Shown here one piece after another: positions 42,901 to 51,425 of a stretch of DNA of 61,914 nucleotides. Position numbers and translations under genes: made by a program. The notes beneath the pieces are model-generated. The model ran no database searches. It was not told the origin of the DNA and saw nothing but the letters and a program-made list of their open reading frames with translations. The stretch comes from an uncultured Erysipelotrichaceae bacterium (GTDB lineage: Bacteria > Bacillota_I > Bacilli_A > RF39 > UBA660): assembly GCA_902788975.1 (NCBI GenBank), contig CADAMI010000001.1, forward strand, positions 1 to 61,914, written 5' to 3'. Numbering within the stretch: position 1 is the stretch's first letter; every line of letters begins with the position of its first letter.

Positions 42901-43092
42901 AGTTAATTTTTCTATATTAGGATTTAAATCTTTATATGATTCACTAAAATCTTTATTATATTTAGAACCATTACTAGTAGATGATTTTACTTTACCTTCT
43001 AATTCATTTATTTTTTTAATAGCAGCATTTAAAGCTTCATCAGCTTTATCTATATTTAATACTAACTGTGCTGTAATTTCATAATCATACAT
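36979..43092 (-). CDS. Tail tape measure protein (2037 aa) with C-terminal transglutaminase-like Cys peptidase domain
   Basis: Long helical protein with TM segments and G-rich KSG(I/L)K.GS.G repeats. C-terminal SCNCCDGAELIV...GHVGAKVGGKVYDMT (about 37185-37460). Confidence 0.8.
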   Translation of the reverse strand: MYDYEITAQLVLNIDKADEALNAAIKKINELEGKVKSSTSNGSKYNKDFSESYKDLNPNIEKLTSNLNENHKANDKLMKGIKETHKSLLDSNATVDKANKVWKRFADENGLAFRNGRLVGSIRDMDLEMKTLGNTTSNVTNAQAKFKTKFDELQTSLRKGVTDTTGFDKSVRTLANSIQNEFGVKVRYAGDGVYEFGEKIDKTSSSYKNTTKALRDYTKALNQTKDVMSTGGNFTKAMQTNLYNYRQELGKAIFGETQWNKILKETKSSVTGNSNTYPQLKKAVRDLANNNKIGTAEANSFIKAMDGWNRALISTGGNLNNLMNRSGNFNKVLTQITRSQRMQNYAMQVSAMRYNALSTAVGFLGGVMAQQLLFGFANARMESIKFEQQAQQMLKTTKLTTVEIKRLDKAVSDYTAKNRKLNTAGLKYTVAQVAKLNNLTEAQATKAIPVIADMTNMMVINGRSQEDAILAVNDALDGQFRRLQEIGVRGKDQLEELGYKEGDVNSLLNALQKISETKGWHDLTADITTLDDAYAVLGNTIDDVLTPAFTTLTPYIVQVIQTFASLMTTITNLPTVLQIPVAGIGVLGAAFAKMKIEMLKARIVGSEFMARLTGLDDDMINITKSVGGVKVALKEGTINIEEASTALANYHYQTYGFTRGTVEMGNEISNLANEIEAEREALDNLSGSDRIFAENQIKQKEILKERIRAEQVALNNAVNYDMKMKDLNVTDKYRIKNLQQLIGATDEEMRYLALNTDLLVRDADGRINLNNILKSNGESYDLLSGKIDKNTIKTANSNIKTNKTLTLNKLRRKSNEDVSRAILGLCTVEELENTKLDENTVKTLANKLETQGIAKGKKAETLARDALATTIVAENAELEENILLDKAEKVAVDSNTRSQEINNLSRKGFFGRVKQSTKALIQNTKAFIANTAAEIANFAAAHPLLTGAIVIAVVAVTAALKDLVDHQLQLNSALGEYNKILTEGKEEIERLEKEKADLQAEGKDVSALTDRIDKLNKKYKETQEINKESNYAHDTSLSYIDTYADKTLNKIKSVNGANYDYSQIAIARNEIEKLNKVETDFAMNTVKRDEALRKSMQNSGKDAEEQTRFMEDYRSAQIDVVESLEKMKSDDFMTRIGGYWDNFWARMKMGWIEAWADIGSWFNDLPNIIGGWFSRIDWAGMADWFISGWNNLFGGMSKWLEEAMANDDGTASKSIGDGLGKTIQNGIEYLINNREAIANMAYNSLKFFVELFLYMATIQGELTNYIASCIGGYIENGLNSAKDYVTESVNGFMDWLISSIMWHLDPANWGTIAGDKVGVIAKAIGLDDETVSAIEEEVKSLVDTITYWLNPANWVIEGGNAINNWWNTTVADPLDSKLALLGIDLHIGGSEAGGELKSGLKQGSNGSSAAVSNNLDPISGIISKFGGIFGSKANTAGGNVKSGIKTGSRGASSPVRDEMDYINSIMNGYGGIGGSFFKTASGVASAIISGIKSGLNQHSPGDASKVVLREMEYTAAFMEEQKPIIEESARSIGQSIVTGMSDVSSLNTNMDMSALLEQAKYIADTQFATETLKSQVTTNNNAIMSSNSQMGSNTKNEYGQIQQTVDSSFTDMSNTAKTSLLSIAQMNNVQMAKIKNDTNTGMNNAHTTMNTKLKGMQNTTLVATNSMTRAWGSMKNSIVKSASDIRNESYSKFNSLHKSISSFYRQIQNASFSFGSLAAGSPISSNRSVRHTPITSNGGSGFKGFSSNMKRFGTASLADDEDYLKIMKNVLNGRAKRSDIEALYKKDYFNRDGYYFGGIDTNAHVNKQLGYAYDWRMKSPSMYGISLGMNDMTVGDFRDGKTSPFTYSNFEHYLTMLLTARGFRNPSSYDFYWNSMKSNQQVWDSVSCNCCDGAELIVEIAKDMGLNNATTIHGHWGALGHVGAKVGGKVYDMTQFQHRGIFRGHPSVSWGGSYNGNPALLGAGKPNKGKPIRWGSVRKSYGTGNNTTNNKRSINITVTGNTFISENDYKNKIKQISKNAAEEVFYEMNSLDSAVGY

Positions 43093-43108
43093 TTTTAATC
43101 ACCTACCA

Positions 43109-43528
43109 TTAATAATATGAATATTTATTTAATAAACTACCATAAGATACTTTTGACATAGTTAAAAATTCACTTTTTGCTTCACTAAAAATAGTACTAA
43201 AATAATGATATTCTCTTTCTTTTTTCCACGCATAATTTGCTGGGTCTGTATGTTTACTAGGGTCATCACCACCCCTAGCACCAAAATCCATAGCTATAAA
43301 ATCTCCACCTCTTCCAAATATACTAGGACTATCGGTAATACTATTATGTAAATCCCAAGTCCATTTAGGTGTTTTTCTTTCAGATGTATCTATAATAGCT
43401 TTTTTACTATAAGTAAAAACAGAAAGAGCAAATTTATCAGAGTCCAAATTAATTTTAATTTTATTTAATGCTGGACTCAAATCATCTTTAATAATTTTAA
43501 AATAAATAAATACCACCCCATTAATCAT
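43109..43528 (-). CDS. Hypothetical tail-module protein
   Basis: 139-aa ORF between the chaperone pair and the tape measure. Confidence 0.55.
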   Translation of the reverse strand: MINGVVFIYFKIIKDDLSPALNKIKINLDSDKFALSVFTYSKKAIIDTSERKTPKWTWDLHNSITDSPSIFGRGGDFIAMDFGARGGDDPSKHTDPANYAWKKEREYHYFSTIFSEAKSEFLTMSKVSYGSLLNKYSYY

Positions 43529-43727
43529 TATAACCAGTTAAAGACTCAAAAAACTCAACAGCATCTTCATCTTCTTCACCTACAAAATCAGAATCTTTAT
43601 CGTTATCATCACTAAATTCTTTGAGTTCTCTATCATTTTTCTCCTTTGATAATAGGTAGTATGCAAAAAAAGTATCTTCTGGCATATGATATAAATCATT
43701 ATAGGACAACGCTGGAGTTATTTGCAT
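43521..43727 (-). CDS. Acidic ORF, probable T-part of a G/GT-type tail assembly chaperone
   Basis: No RBS before ATG 43727. The frame stays open upstream to 43808, overlapping the end of 43783-44151. Confidence 0.5.
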   Translation of the reverse strand: MQITPALSYNDLYHMPEDTFFAYYLLSKEKNDRELKEFSDDNDKDSDFVGEEDEDAVEFFESLTGYND

Positions 43728-43782
43728 AATAAAAAATGATAAACTATCCCATAAATTTATATCTAAAGGATAACCATAATCT

Positions 43783-44151
43783 TCATTGTAACCGAAACAA
43801 TTCTTCGTTTATAGCACCTTCAATAATTTCATTTTTAGCTTTTTTAATTTCTTTAGATGTTTTACCCATTTTATACATATTTTTTAAAGTGTTTAAACCC
43901 CTTACTAAATAAACATCTAAATCATCAGCTTCTAAAAATTCTTGTGGGTCAAAATTTTCAAATATAGTAGCTACATATTCACCCATAATCATATAAATAT
44001 CTTCAATTGTAGCGTCTGGGTCTCTTGTTTTTTCTTGTAACTTATCAGTCATTTCTTCAAGATTTTTATTATTTACATAAGCAGAATTATTAGTAAAAAT
44101 TCTTTCTTTTCCTATATATTCCATTTTAATTTTTTTAGTCATTTTAATCAC
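43783..44151 (-). CDS. Tail assembly chaperone candidate (G-like)
   Basis: 122-aa ORF just upstream of the tape measure region, with an overlapping downstream frame. Confidence 0.5.
   Translation of the reverse strand: MIKMTKKIKMEYIGKERIFTNNSAYVNNKNLEEMTDKLQEKTRDPDATIEDIYMIMGEYVATIFENFDPQEFLEADDLDVYLVRGLNTLKNMYKMGKTSKEIKKAKNEIIEGAINEELFRLQ
43792..43797 (-). promoter_or_regulatory. Candidate +1 frameshift site TTT CGG
   Basis: Phe codon followed by CGG, which appears rare in this genome. A +1 slip gives TTC GGT TAC AAT..., the open frame of 43521-43808. Confidence 0.3.
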
Positions 44152-44192
44152 TTTATAATATAATTATAAATAAGGATAGTAATAAAACAATA

Positions 44193-44525
44193 CTATCCAA
44201 ATAAAGCCGCAATAACATCAATACACGCTATAATTCCTGGAATTACCAAAATACCGATTATACGGTTTCTTTCATTAATTTTAGCTTCTAACGCTTCTAA
44301 TTTCTTATCCACTTCTTCACATTTTTTATTCATATCTTCAATCATTCTAATACGTTGGTCAGTTCTTTCGTGATAAGAAATAACAATAGTTCTTAGTTCA
44401 TTTATAGCTTCACTAATACTAGCAATATTGGTATCGTGTTCGTGTATTTCATTTTTTTTATAATCTAATCTAGTCTTGATATTTTCAACATCAAGTTCTA
44501 ATTTATTGATTCTTTCTTCAACCAT
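44193..44525 (-). CDS. Coiled-coil protein with C-terminal TM anchor (XhlA-like architecture)
   Basis: MVEERINKLELDVENIK...; C-terminal IIGILVIPGIIACIDVIAALFG. Confidence 0.5.
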   Translation of the reverse strand: MVEERINKLELDVENIKTRLDYKKNEIHEHDTNIASISEAINELRTIVISYHERTDQRIRMIEDMNKKCEEVDKKLEALEAKINERNRIIGILVIPGIIACIDVIAALFG

Positions 44526-44703
44526 CAATATCATCATCTATTTCCATTTTTTCTGATATTTCAGTTTCTGAAATTTGTCTACTTAAATAACCAGCAATAG
44601 CACCTAAAGCTACAGAAGCTAATTCAATTTGATTCATAAAAATAGATATGATACCAATTGTGATTATACCAATAACGATTATATTAATTGTTGATATATC
44701 CAT
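44518..44703 (-). CDS. 61-aa two-TM membrane protein (holin-like)
   Basis: Start moved to ATG 44703 behind AGGTGAT. MDISTINIIVIGIITIGIISIFMNQIELASVALGAIAGYLSRQ... Confidence 0.5.
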   Translation of the reverse strand: MDISTINIIVIGIITIGIISIFMNQIELASVALGAIAGYLSRQISETEISEKMEIDDDIDG

Positions 44704-44721
44704 ATTATCACCTATATAATT

Positions 44722-44746
44722 AATGCTGGATTTAATTTCCAGCATT
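44722..44746 (-). promoter_or_regulatory. 8-bp-stem hairpin spanning the stop codon of the major tail gene
   Basis: AATGCTGG-N9-CCAGCATT read directly. Confidence 0.5.
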
Positions 44747-45847
44747 AGTACATACGTGTGCAGTAACATTGTCGCCAGTTTTAAATTGCATAGCAGACTG
44801 GGTAGTAATTTTAATAATATCAGCAACGTTAGCTAAATCTTCACTACTGTTAAATTCAATACTAATAGTTTTAGTATCATCTCCAGATTCAGATGATTCA
44901 GCATTGGTAATAGTAGCATTAGGTATATCAATTTGGAATAATAATGGAATAACCTTTCCAGCATTTGCTGGGTCAGCATATTGTGCTACATATTTCCATC
45001 TTAAAGCCCCTTGTAATGAATCTTCAGATACTTTTACTCCATCGTATTCATTAGTAGCAAATAACCTTTCAATATCTTTTCCAGCATATCTTAAAGTCAT
45101 ACTACCACTAACTTCTAAGTTTTTAATATCTTTGTTAGACTCACCAAATTCTACACCAGCACAAATACTAGCTTCGGTGTTGTTATTAATAGTTACTTCA
45201 GAATCTGTTAAACAATCAATTCTATCATTAGCTTCATCAATCACATTTGATTTCGGTGCAAAAAATACACTTAAACTACCACTTTTTAATGCTTTAGGCA
45301 AATAAGCACCAAAAGTAGGACTAATTACACTACTATCATCACCAAATTCTGGATAATCAGTAATGTATGACGCTTTTAAAGTAGGAGCATCTTCACTATT
45401 CATAGTGAAACTTAATTCACTAGAAATACCATTTTTGTATATTCTACAACCTTGAGTATCATCATTAAATCCGTGTAAAATGTGAACTTCTGGTAAATTT
45501 GAAGCAATATTAGGTGTAATTTCTTGTTTAAATGAAGCACTATTACTTCCAGAAGCAGCCACACTAGTTTCAGACATAGCACCTAAAGCGTGATAACAGA
45601 AATCTTCTAATCCTTGATTTAATCTAAATCTATCACTTATCTCTGGACTTGCTGATGCTTTACTACGTGCTTCTCCTAAGTTTAATGTCCTTCTACCAGT
45701 ATGTCCTTCGTCTACTTCGCTCTCAATCTCTTTATTGCCGCTAAATTCGGTAAATTTAACGAATACGCCTGGATATGTGTAATCTGGGTGTTCTGTGTCC
45801 TTTAAACCGATTCCAGCGAAGTGTAAAGCGTTACTTTTACTTACCAT
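44732..45847 (-). CDS. Major tail (tube) protein candidate
   Basis: 371 aa, between the connector genes and the chaperones. Relatively GC-rich like the capsid gene. Start ATG 45847 behind AGGGGTG. Confidence 0.5.
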   Translation of the reverse strand: MVSKSNALHFAGIGLKDTEHPDYTYPGVFVKFTEFSGNKEIESEVDEGHTGRRTLNLGEARSKASASPEISDRFRLNQGLEDFCYHALGAMSETSVAASGSNSASFKQEITPNIASNLPEVHILHGFNDDTQGCRIYKNGISSELSFTMNSEDAPTLKASYITDYPEFGDDSSVISPTFGAYLPKALKSGSLSVFFAPKSNVIDEANDRIDCLTDSEVTINNNTEASICAGVEFGESNKDIKNLEVSGSMTLRYAGKDIERLFATNEYDGVKVSEDSLQGALRWKYVAQYADPANAGKVIPLLFQIDIPNATITNAESSESGDDTKTISIEFNSSEDLANVADIIKITTQSAMQFKTGDNVTAHVCTNAGN

Positions 45848-45859
45848 AGTATACACCCC

Positions 45860-46078
45860 TTATTCATCTTTTTTCTTTTTATCTTTTTTCTTTTTTTCTT
45901 CTTTAACTAGTTCATAATTAGGGTTTGTTTTCATTATTTTAATACATTTTTCATCAGTAGTGGTAATTATATCTCCATAATGCACAATATCATTTATCTC
46001 AATATCTGAACCAGTTCTTTTTTCTAATAATAAACCTATATCATAAATAGGTTCACCAACATATCTAAATTTAACCAT
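45860..46078 (-). CDS. Small head-tail joining candidate
   Basis: 72-aa ORF (MVKFRYVGEP...) with a Lys-rich tail. Confidence 0.45.
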   Translation of the reverse strand: MVKFRYVGEPIYDIGLLLEKRTGSDIEINDIVHYGDIITTTDEKCIKIMKTNPNYELVKEEKKKKDKKKKDE

Positions 46079-46604
46079 CATAATCACCATTTAAATCTAT
46101 ACTATAATCTACAGAAAATGTCATTCTAACCATATTAGCATAATTATAATTAGTACCATTAGTCATAATAGTAGTAACTGTACTACTTTTAAATTTTATA
46201 TCTTCAATATCAATATTTTCATTTAAAAATGGATAATCTATGTGATTAGGAAAATCTTGATTATTAAATAATTTACTAGTTTTTAAAATAAGACCTTCTT
46301 CAAAATGATACAAAATATTATTATAATATTGTATTGATGTAGGTTTATTTAAATAACAAACTACAAAATCAAAAGTCTTTTTTTCTTTACCTACACATAA
46401 ATCTTTACCTTCATATGGAGCTATACGATTTCTATAAAAACCTATACAAGGTAATGGTGTTCTATCATCAATTAATAATGTACTCTCATATATTTGGTCA
46501 TCTTTAAAATCTGGCATTGTTTTTATAATCTTAGTAAACCAATCTATAATGACTTGAGTAACAGTATCTATTTGTTCATCATATTCACTAAGCATTATAA
46601 ACAC
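46071..46604 (-). CDS. Head-tail connector candidate
   Basis: 177-aa ORF in the expected position. No motif recognised. Confidence 0.45.
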   Translation of the reverse strand: MFIMLSEYDEQIDTVTQVIIDWFTKIIKTMPDFKDDQIYESTLLIDDRTPLPCIGFYRNRIAPYEGKDLCVGKEKKTFDFVVCYLNKPTSIQYYNNILYHFEEGLILKTSKLFNNQDFPNHIDYPFLNENIDIEDIKFKSSTVTTIMTNGTNYNYANMVRMTFSVDYSIDLNGDYDG

Positions 46605-47459
46605 CTACCTATAATAACCATAAATAATATTTATTAATTCTTTATGATTATCATATAATTCATCTAAGGTACTAATAGTATTATTTTGATTTCTATGTCT
46701 ACCTTTATTTGTATAAGGTATTAAATGTGGGTGAACCCCACGTGTTAAATAATATTTAATAATATTATCGGTTTCTTTTTTAAGATAATCTAAACCTTTT
46801 TTTGTGTTACGTGGTGTTGCTGAAAATTTTTCCCAAATAGTATAAGCACTATATTTATAAATAGCTTCAAATAGATTTTCATCTATTGGTAATTTATTCA
46901 TATTTAATTGATTTAATATATATCTGTTACTTGCTTTTATGATTTGTATTAAATCATCATAAGTAAAAATATATTCATCATTAACCCCTTCTATAGAACA
47001 GATATTTAAATCATTATTAGGAACAGTTAATCTTAAACTACGAATATTACTAAAATGACGTAAACGTGTATTATTAATATTGCCTAAATTGAAAACAAGT
47101 GTCATTAAATTACCACTTGTTATACTATTTGTGTTTTTAAAAGAACCTCTAATGGCATTTCCATTAACACCACTACACAAATCCAAAATAATAGTCTCTT
47201 CATCTATATCAGATGATGAAAATACATCAATTTCAATAGATTTTCTATCACTAAGATTAACAACACTATCTAAATTATAAATAATAGGTTCATCAATATT
47301 ATCAATTTTAAAAGAAAAACGATTAGTACTAACTATATCATCAATAATAGGTGTATAATTTACAAAATTAAATATACTTTCATTATCAAAATTATCTAAT
47401 TTAATATTATTAATACTATAATTTTCAAGATATTTGAAAACGTTTCTTATTAATTGCAA
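46605..47459 (-). CDS. Head-tail connector/adaptor candidate
   Basis: 284-aa ORF with a TTG start after GGGGGTG. Confidence 0.45.
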   Translation of the reverse strand: MQLIRNVFKYLENYSINNIKLDNFDNESIFNFVNYTPIIDDIVSTNRFSFKIDNIDEPIIYNLDSVVNLSDRKSIEIDVFSSSDIDEETIILDLCSGVNGNAIRGSFKNTNSITSGNLMTLVFNLGNINNTRLRHFSNIRSLRLTVPNNDLNICSIEGVNDEYIFTYDDLIQIIKASNRYILNQLNMNKLPIDENLFEAIYKYSAYTIWEKFSATPRNTKKGLDYLKKETDNIIKYYLTRGVHPHLIPYTNKGRHRNQNNTISTLDELYDNHKELINIIYGYYR

Positions 47460-47481
47460 AAATACACCCCCTATAAATTAT

Positions 47482-48462
47482 CTATGATAAAGTACCAACA
47501 TTATCATCGTATAACAATGCTTTTGGATTATCAATAGATACTCCAACATTTGCTTTCATACGAATAGTCCATACATCTTTCATTTCTTTTCTATTAGGTT
47601 CTTCTAAAGTTACATTAATAAATGGAGCATAAGCACTAGCACCTTCACCAATACTAATATTAGGTTTAAATGCACCTTCTTCAGTCATATAGAAAATGTT
47701 ACCTAATTTAGCATTAGCACCAACACCGAAAATTTCAGTATTTTGCATACATTTAGAACCAATATTAAAGTTTACTCCAGCATAATTGTATGAAGTTTCT
47801 GGAGTCCAGCCGTGAATTTTACTGTAATCATTATTTACTACAATTTCATTACTGTTTAATTTTTTACGAATGTCAGCTAAAACTGGTTTTCTAGCAATAA
47901 TGTATTGTAATTCTTGGTCTGCAATATCATCTAAATCAAATGCTAATCCATAATCGATAATTGCGTCAGTAACACCTTTTTGGTCTACACCAGTACCTAC
48001 TAAATCCCCAATACCAGCAAGTGCATCTCCTTTAATGCCAGCACCTTCTTTCATAGCATCATAACAAGAAGTTTCTAAACCTAAAGCCATAAGGTAAGCT
48101 AATTTAGATATTCTATTTAAAGTGGTGTATACTTGAGTAGGGTCTCTCTTCATTAATTTTTCGTTTACTTGAATACCATAACCGATTGAACGGATATATC
48201 CGATTTCAGTTTCATAGAATTCATCTGCTATCATTTCAATGTCTGCATTTTTGACCATTGGTCTAGGTTTGTGCATACGTCCAGATTCGATAGCTTCATC
48301 AATAGTCATTTCATCTTTAATTTTTGTAAAAGTATCAGCGTCAGTTTGTTGTGGGGTGAAAAACTTAGCTAATTTAAATCCTTTTGATACATAATCGTTT
48401 ACATATCCTTGAAGGAAATCTCTTTGGAATAAATAATCGTTTAAATTTCCGTGTTCACTCAT
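47482..48462 (-). CDS. Major capsid protein candidate
   Basis: 326 aa, downstream of portal, scaffold and a small protein. Among the most GC-rich genes. ATG 48462 behind AAGGAG. Confidence 0.6.
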   Translation of the reverse strand: MSEHGNLNDYLFQRDFLQGYVNDYVSKGFKLAKFFTPQQTDADTFTKIKDEMTIDEAIESGRMHKPRPMVKNADIEMIADEFYETEIGYIRSIGYGIQVNEKLMKRDPTQVYTTLNRISKLAYLMALGLETSCYDAMKEGAGIKGDALAGIGDLVGTGVDQKGVTDAIIDYGLAFDLDDIADQELQYIIARKPVLADIRKKLNSNEIVVNNDYSKIHGWTPETSYNYAGVNFNIGSKCMQNTEIFGVGANAKLGNIFYMTEEGAFKPNISIGEGASAYAPFINVTLEEPNRKEMKDVWTIRMKANVGVSIDNPKALLYDDNVGTLS

Positions 48463-48489
48463 AAACATCATCTCCTTAAATTATTTTAG

Positions 48490-49035
48490 TTATCCACCAG
48501 CTCCAGCATCAGTTTCAGTAGATGCTGGTAAAATCATACTACAATAAGCGTCAATATATTTTCCAGAATTTGCTGTAGCTGCTTCTTTAGCAATTAAAAC
48601 TACACCTTCTGCATCATCTAATTTATCCCATTTAGTACCAGTCCAACCTACATAATCACCAGCAACAATAGCTGCATTATCATCTGCTAATGGAATGTGG
48701 TAATCTAAAGATGGGGTAATAAATTGTAATAACGCTTCTCTAAGTTCATCAGTTTCAGTTACTGGTACGTGTCCAGTAGGGTCTGCTCTAATAACTGCAA
48801 TAAAACAATTATCTTCAGCTTTCGCATAAGTTCTATCTTTTCCAGCTACTTGTACAACTGGAGTACCTACTACCAATGCTTCACTACCAGTATCTGGTTC
48901 ATAATTAACTACACCAGTACCATAGTCAGTAATTGTAGTAGATTTAACAAACAATCCTTCATCTAAAAAACCTTGTAACTCCATACATTTGTCTGGGAGA
49001 GTACAAAACATTTCAGCTCTTTGTCCTTTAACCAT
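48490..49035 (-). CDS. Head decoration/auxiliary capsid protein candidate
   Basis: 181 aa between the scaffold and capsid genes. Confidence 0.35.
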   Translation of the reverse strand: MVKGQRAEMFCTLPDKCMELQGFLDEGLFVKSTTITDYGTGVVNYEPDTGSEALVVGTPVVQVAGKDRTYAKAEDNCFIAVIRADPTGHVPVTETDELREALLQFITPSLDYHIPLADDNAAIVAGDYVGWTGTKWDKLDDAEGVVLIAKEAATANSGKYIDAYCSMILPASTETDAGAGG

Positions 49036-49056
49036 ACAAATCACATCTCCTTTGTT

Positions 49057-49956
49057 TTATAAGTTAAAAGCATCTTTAATTTCAAGATAACTTTCGGATT
49101 CATTCTCTGAACCTTGTTCTTCATTAAAATCACTAACACCATTCCCACTAGCTCCCTTTGGTGGAGTAGAAGGTTTATTAGCTTTTTCATCATTAATTAA
49201 TGATTCTAATTCTTCATTAGTAAGTTTATTAAACATATTAAGTTTAAACTCATCTCGTTCTCCTTTTTCGTTTTCTGGAACAAGTTTATTAATCAGTTCT
49301 TTCTTTTTATTAGCTTTTTCTTCTTTATATTTATTAGCAATTTCTAATACCTTTTCGTATTCTGCTTTACCTTTATTATATAAAGATTCACCTTCAACAT
49401 ATTTATCTTTTAATTCATTAAATTTGTTTTCAGTTTTAGCTAATTTATTTCTGATTTTTTTATTCTCATCGGATAATTTTTCGTGTTCATCTTTTAAAGT
49501 TTCATATTTTTGTTGTAATTTACCATACATTTTATTTAAATCATCGGACATAGTATCACTTTCAATATTTAATAATCTACTAATAGTATTCTTATCGTTA
49601 GGTTGAAAAGTATTACTTAAATCATTCAAAAAAACAATATTTTGAAGTACCCCATCATTTAAATCAAAATAACCATCATTTGATGTATATGAATTAGGAA
49701 TTATATCAGTACTCCAACCAATTTCAGCACCATCAACAATATATTCATTAGGAATATCAACAGTAGCATATAATTTACCATCATCATATCTTAACTTTTC
49801 CACCTTACTAATAATTTTACCATTATGTTGATTTAATTCAACATTAACATCGCTTTTTTGGTTAGCAATATTTTTAAGAAAAGATTCGGTATAATTAACT
49901 ATACCTACATCATTCTCTAATTTCCCCTTTGTCAAAATCACTTTTTCCATCTTCAT
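49057..49956 (-). CDS. Scaffolding protein candidate
   Basis: 299 aa with a K/E-rich coiled-coil centre, directly after the portal gene. Confidence 0.5.
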   Translation of the reverse strand: MKMEKVILTKGKLENDVGIVNYTESFLKNIANQKSDVNVELNQHNGKIISKVEKLRYDDGKLYATVDIPNEYIVDGAEIGWSTDIIPNSYTSNDGYFDLNDGVLQNIVFLNDLSNTFQPNDKNTISRLLNIESDTMSDDLNKMYGKLQQKYETLKDEHEKLSDENKKIRNKLAKTENKFNELKDKYVEGESLYNKGKAEYEKVLEIANKYKEEKANKKKELINKLVPENEKGERDEFKLNMFNKLTNEELESLINDEKANKPSTPPKGASGNGVSDFNEEQGSENESESYLEIKDAFNL

Positions 49957-51421
49957 TTATATCACCCTTATTTTTGGCTTGTTGTTTAAGAGCATCAGCT
50001 TTAGCTTTTTGACTTCTATTATAAGCATTTTGACCTAAAATAGCAGCTGGGTCAATTTCAGTATTATTACCATCTTGAGTAACTAATTTACCTAAATCTT
50101 TATCAATTTTATTAATCCAATCTTTACCATAAGTTTCTTTATACTTTTCTATACGTTTCCAAACTCTATTAAAATAAGTAGATAAAATTAATTCAGTAGG
50201 CAAATCTGGATAATTAGCAACAACTACAGATGCAATTTCAGATAATTCTCTTTCATTATCTATATCATTAACATATTTAAATTTAATATGACCTATAGCT
50301 TCTGGATATTTTAATTCTAACTCTTTATTAATCATTTCTTCATTAACATAAGGAGTAACAAACATTTGAATAAATCTAATAAATGCTATATAACCAGTAC
50401 TAGTATTTAATTGTTCATACGCTGTATTTCTATTACTACTAGTAGAAGAAAATTTACTATCTGGTGTTAATAAATTATTTCTAATTTTAGATTGAATTAA
50501 TAAAATGTAATCTTTATAATTAGGTAAATTACTTTTACCTATATCCATAGGTGTAATACCATAAGGATACCCTACAACAGTACTATCATTTTCATCTAAT
50601 TCAAATGCTTTAGTAACAGCTTTAATTTCTTCAACATCTAATCCACCAGCATCAATATCACTATTTCCAAATTCTATACCTAAAAAACCACCAGCAGTCC
50701 TAGCAGAATTCAATATATATTTTATTAACTTATTTTCAATATATGCTAATTCTAAAACTGCTTCAATTGCAGAAACACCTTCTCCATCTTCTTCCATATA
50801 AGGAATATAAATAATTTCTTCTGGAGTAAAATTGTATTCTTCATCAACATAATCTACAGCTTTAAGTGTATCATATTTTAATGCTTTCCAATTACCTTCA
50901 ATTTTTTTAACTTTAGCTTTTTGTTTAAAACCTATAATTTCATCAGTATTAGGGTCTCTTATAATTAACCATTTAAATCTTTTACCATCATTACCTAAAA
51001 TGCGTAATTTAATACTACCTTCATCAATATAACGATTTATAAACATAGAACCATCTACCATAGGATACTTAATCATATTATCTAAAAGTTTCTCAAGTTT
51101 CCATTCTTCAGTTTTTTTAATTATATGGTTAAACGCTTCTTTATATTTTTTCTTATCATCTACATCTATAATCCATTCATTATTGCAAATAATAACTAAA
51201 TTATCTATTGTAGTATTAATAGTATCATTATTTTTATAAGCATAACGATAATTAGGTATATTTTTAGTAATTTTAAAAGGTACAACATCTTTTAAATTTT
51301 TACTTTCTTTATTTTTATCTTCATTAAAACTTCTTCTTATACGTACTTCTTCTCTAGACGCTTTAGTAATTTCATCACCAGAAGTATTTCTAAGATGAAT
51401 TAATCTATCATACCAACTCAT
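49910..51421 (-). CDS. Portal protein
   Basis: ~500 aa immediately downstream of TerL. Start ATG 51421 behind AGGTGAT (MSWYDRL...). Confidence 0.65.
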   Translation of the reverse strand: MSWYDRLIHLRNTSGDEITKASREEVRIRRSFNEDKNKESKNLKDVVPFKITKNIPNYRYAYKNNDTINTTIDNLVIICNNEWIIDVDDKKKYKEAFNHIIKKTEEWKLEKLLDNMIKYPMVDGSMFINRYIDEGSIKLRILGNDGKRFKWLIIRDPNTDEIIGFKQKAKVKKIEGNWKALKYDTLKAVDYVDEEYNFTPEEIIYIPYMEEDGEGVSAIEAVLELAYIENKLIKYILNSARTAGGFLGIEFGNSDIDAGGLDVEEIKAVTKAFELDENDSTVVGYPYGITPMDIGKSNLPNYKDYILLIQSKIRNNLLTPDSKFSSTSSNRNTAYEQLNTSTGYIAFIRFIQMFVTPYVNEEMINKELELKYPEAIGHIKFKYVNDIDNERELSEIASVVVANYPDLPTELILSTYFNRVWKRIEKYKETYGKDWINKIDKDLGKLVTQDGNNTEIDPAAILGQNAYNRSQKAKADALKQQAKNKGDINEDGKSDFDKGEIRE

Positions 51422-51425
51422 ATAA

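Noticed and set aside
44769-45305. Plus-strand ORFs in the track: 8-190, 360-617, 808-1038, 7877-8086, 10389-10634, 18614-18805, 19659-19877, 19663-19857, 21106-21315, 22617-22856, 23575-23901, 26849-27178, 29892-30119, 41228-41413, 44769-45305, 47080-47280, 48769-48966, 49424-49606, 52434-52631, 56380-56562
   Set aside because: Almost all lie antisense to longer minus-strand genes that have recognisable motifs or RBSs. The two at 19659-19877 and 19663-19857 run partly into non-coding DNA. They have low-complexity hydrophobic translations typical of shadow frames and no RBS.
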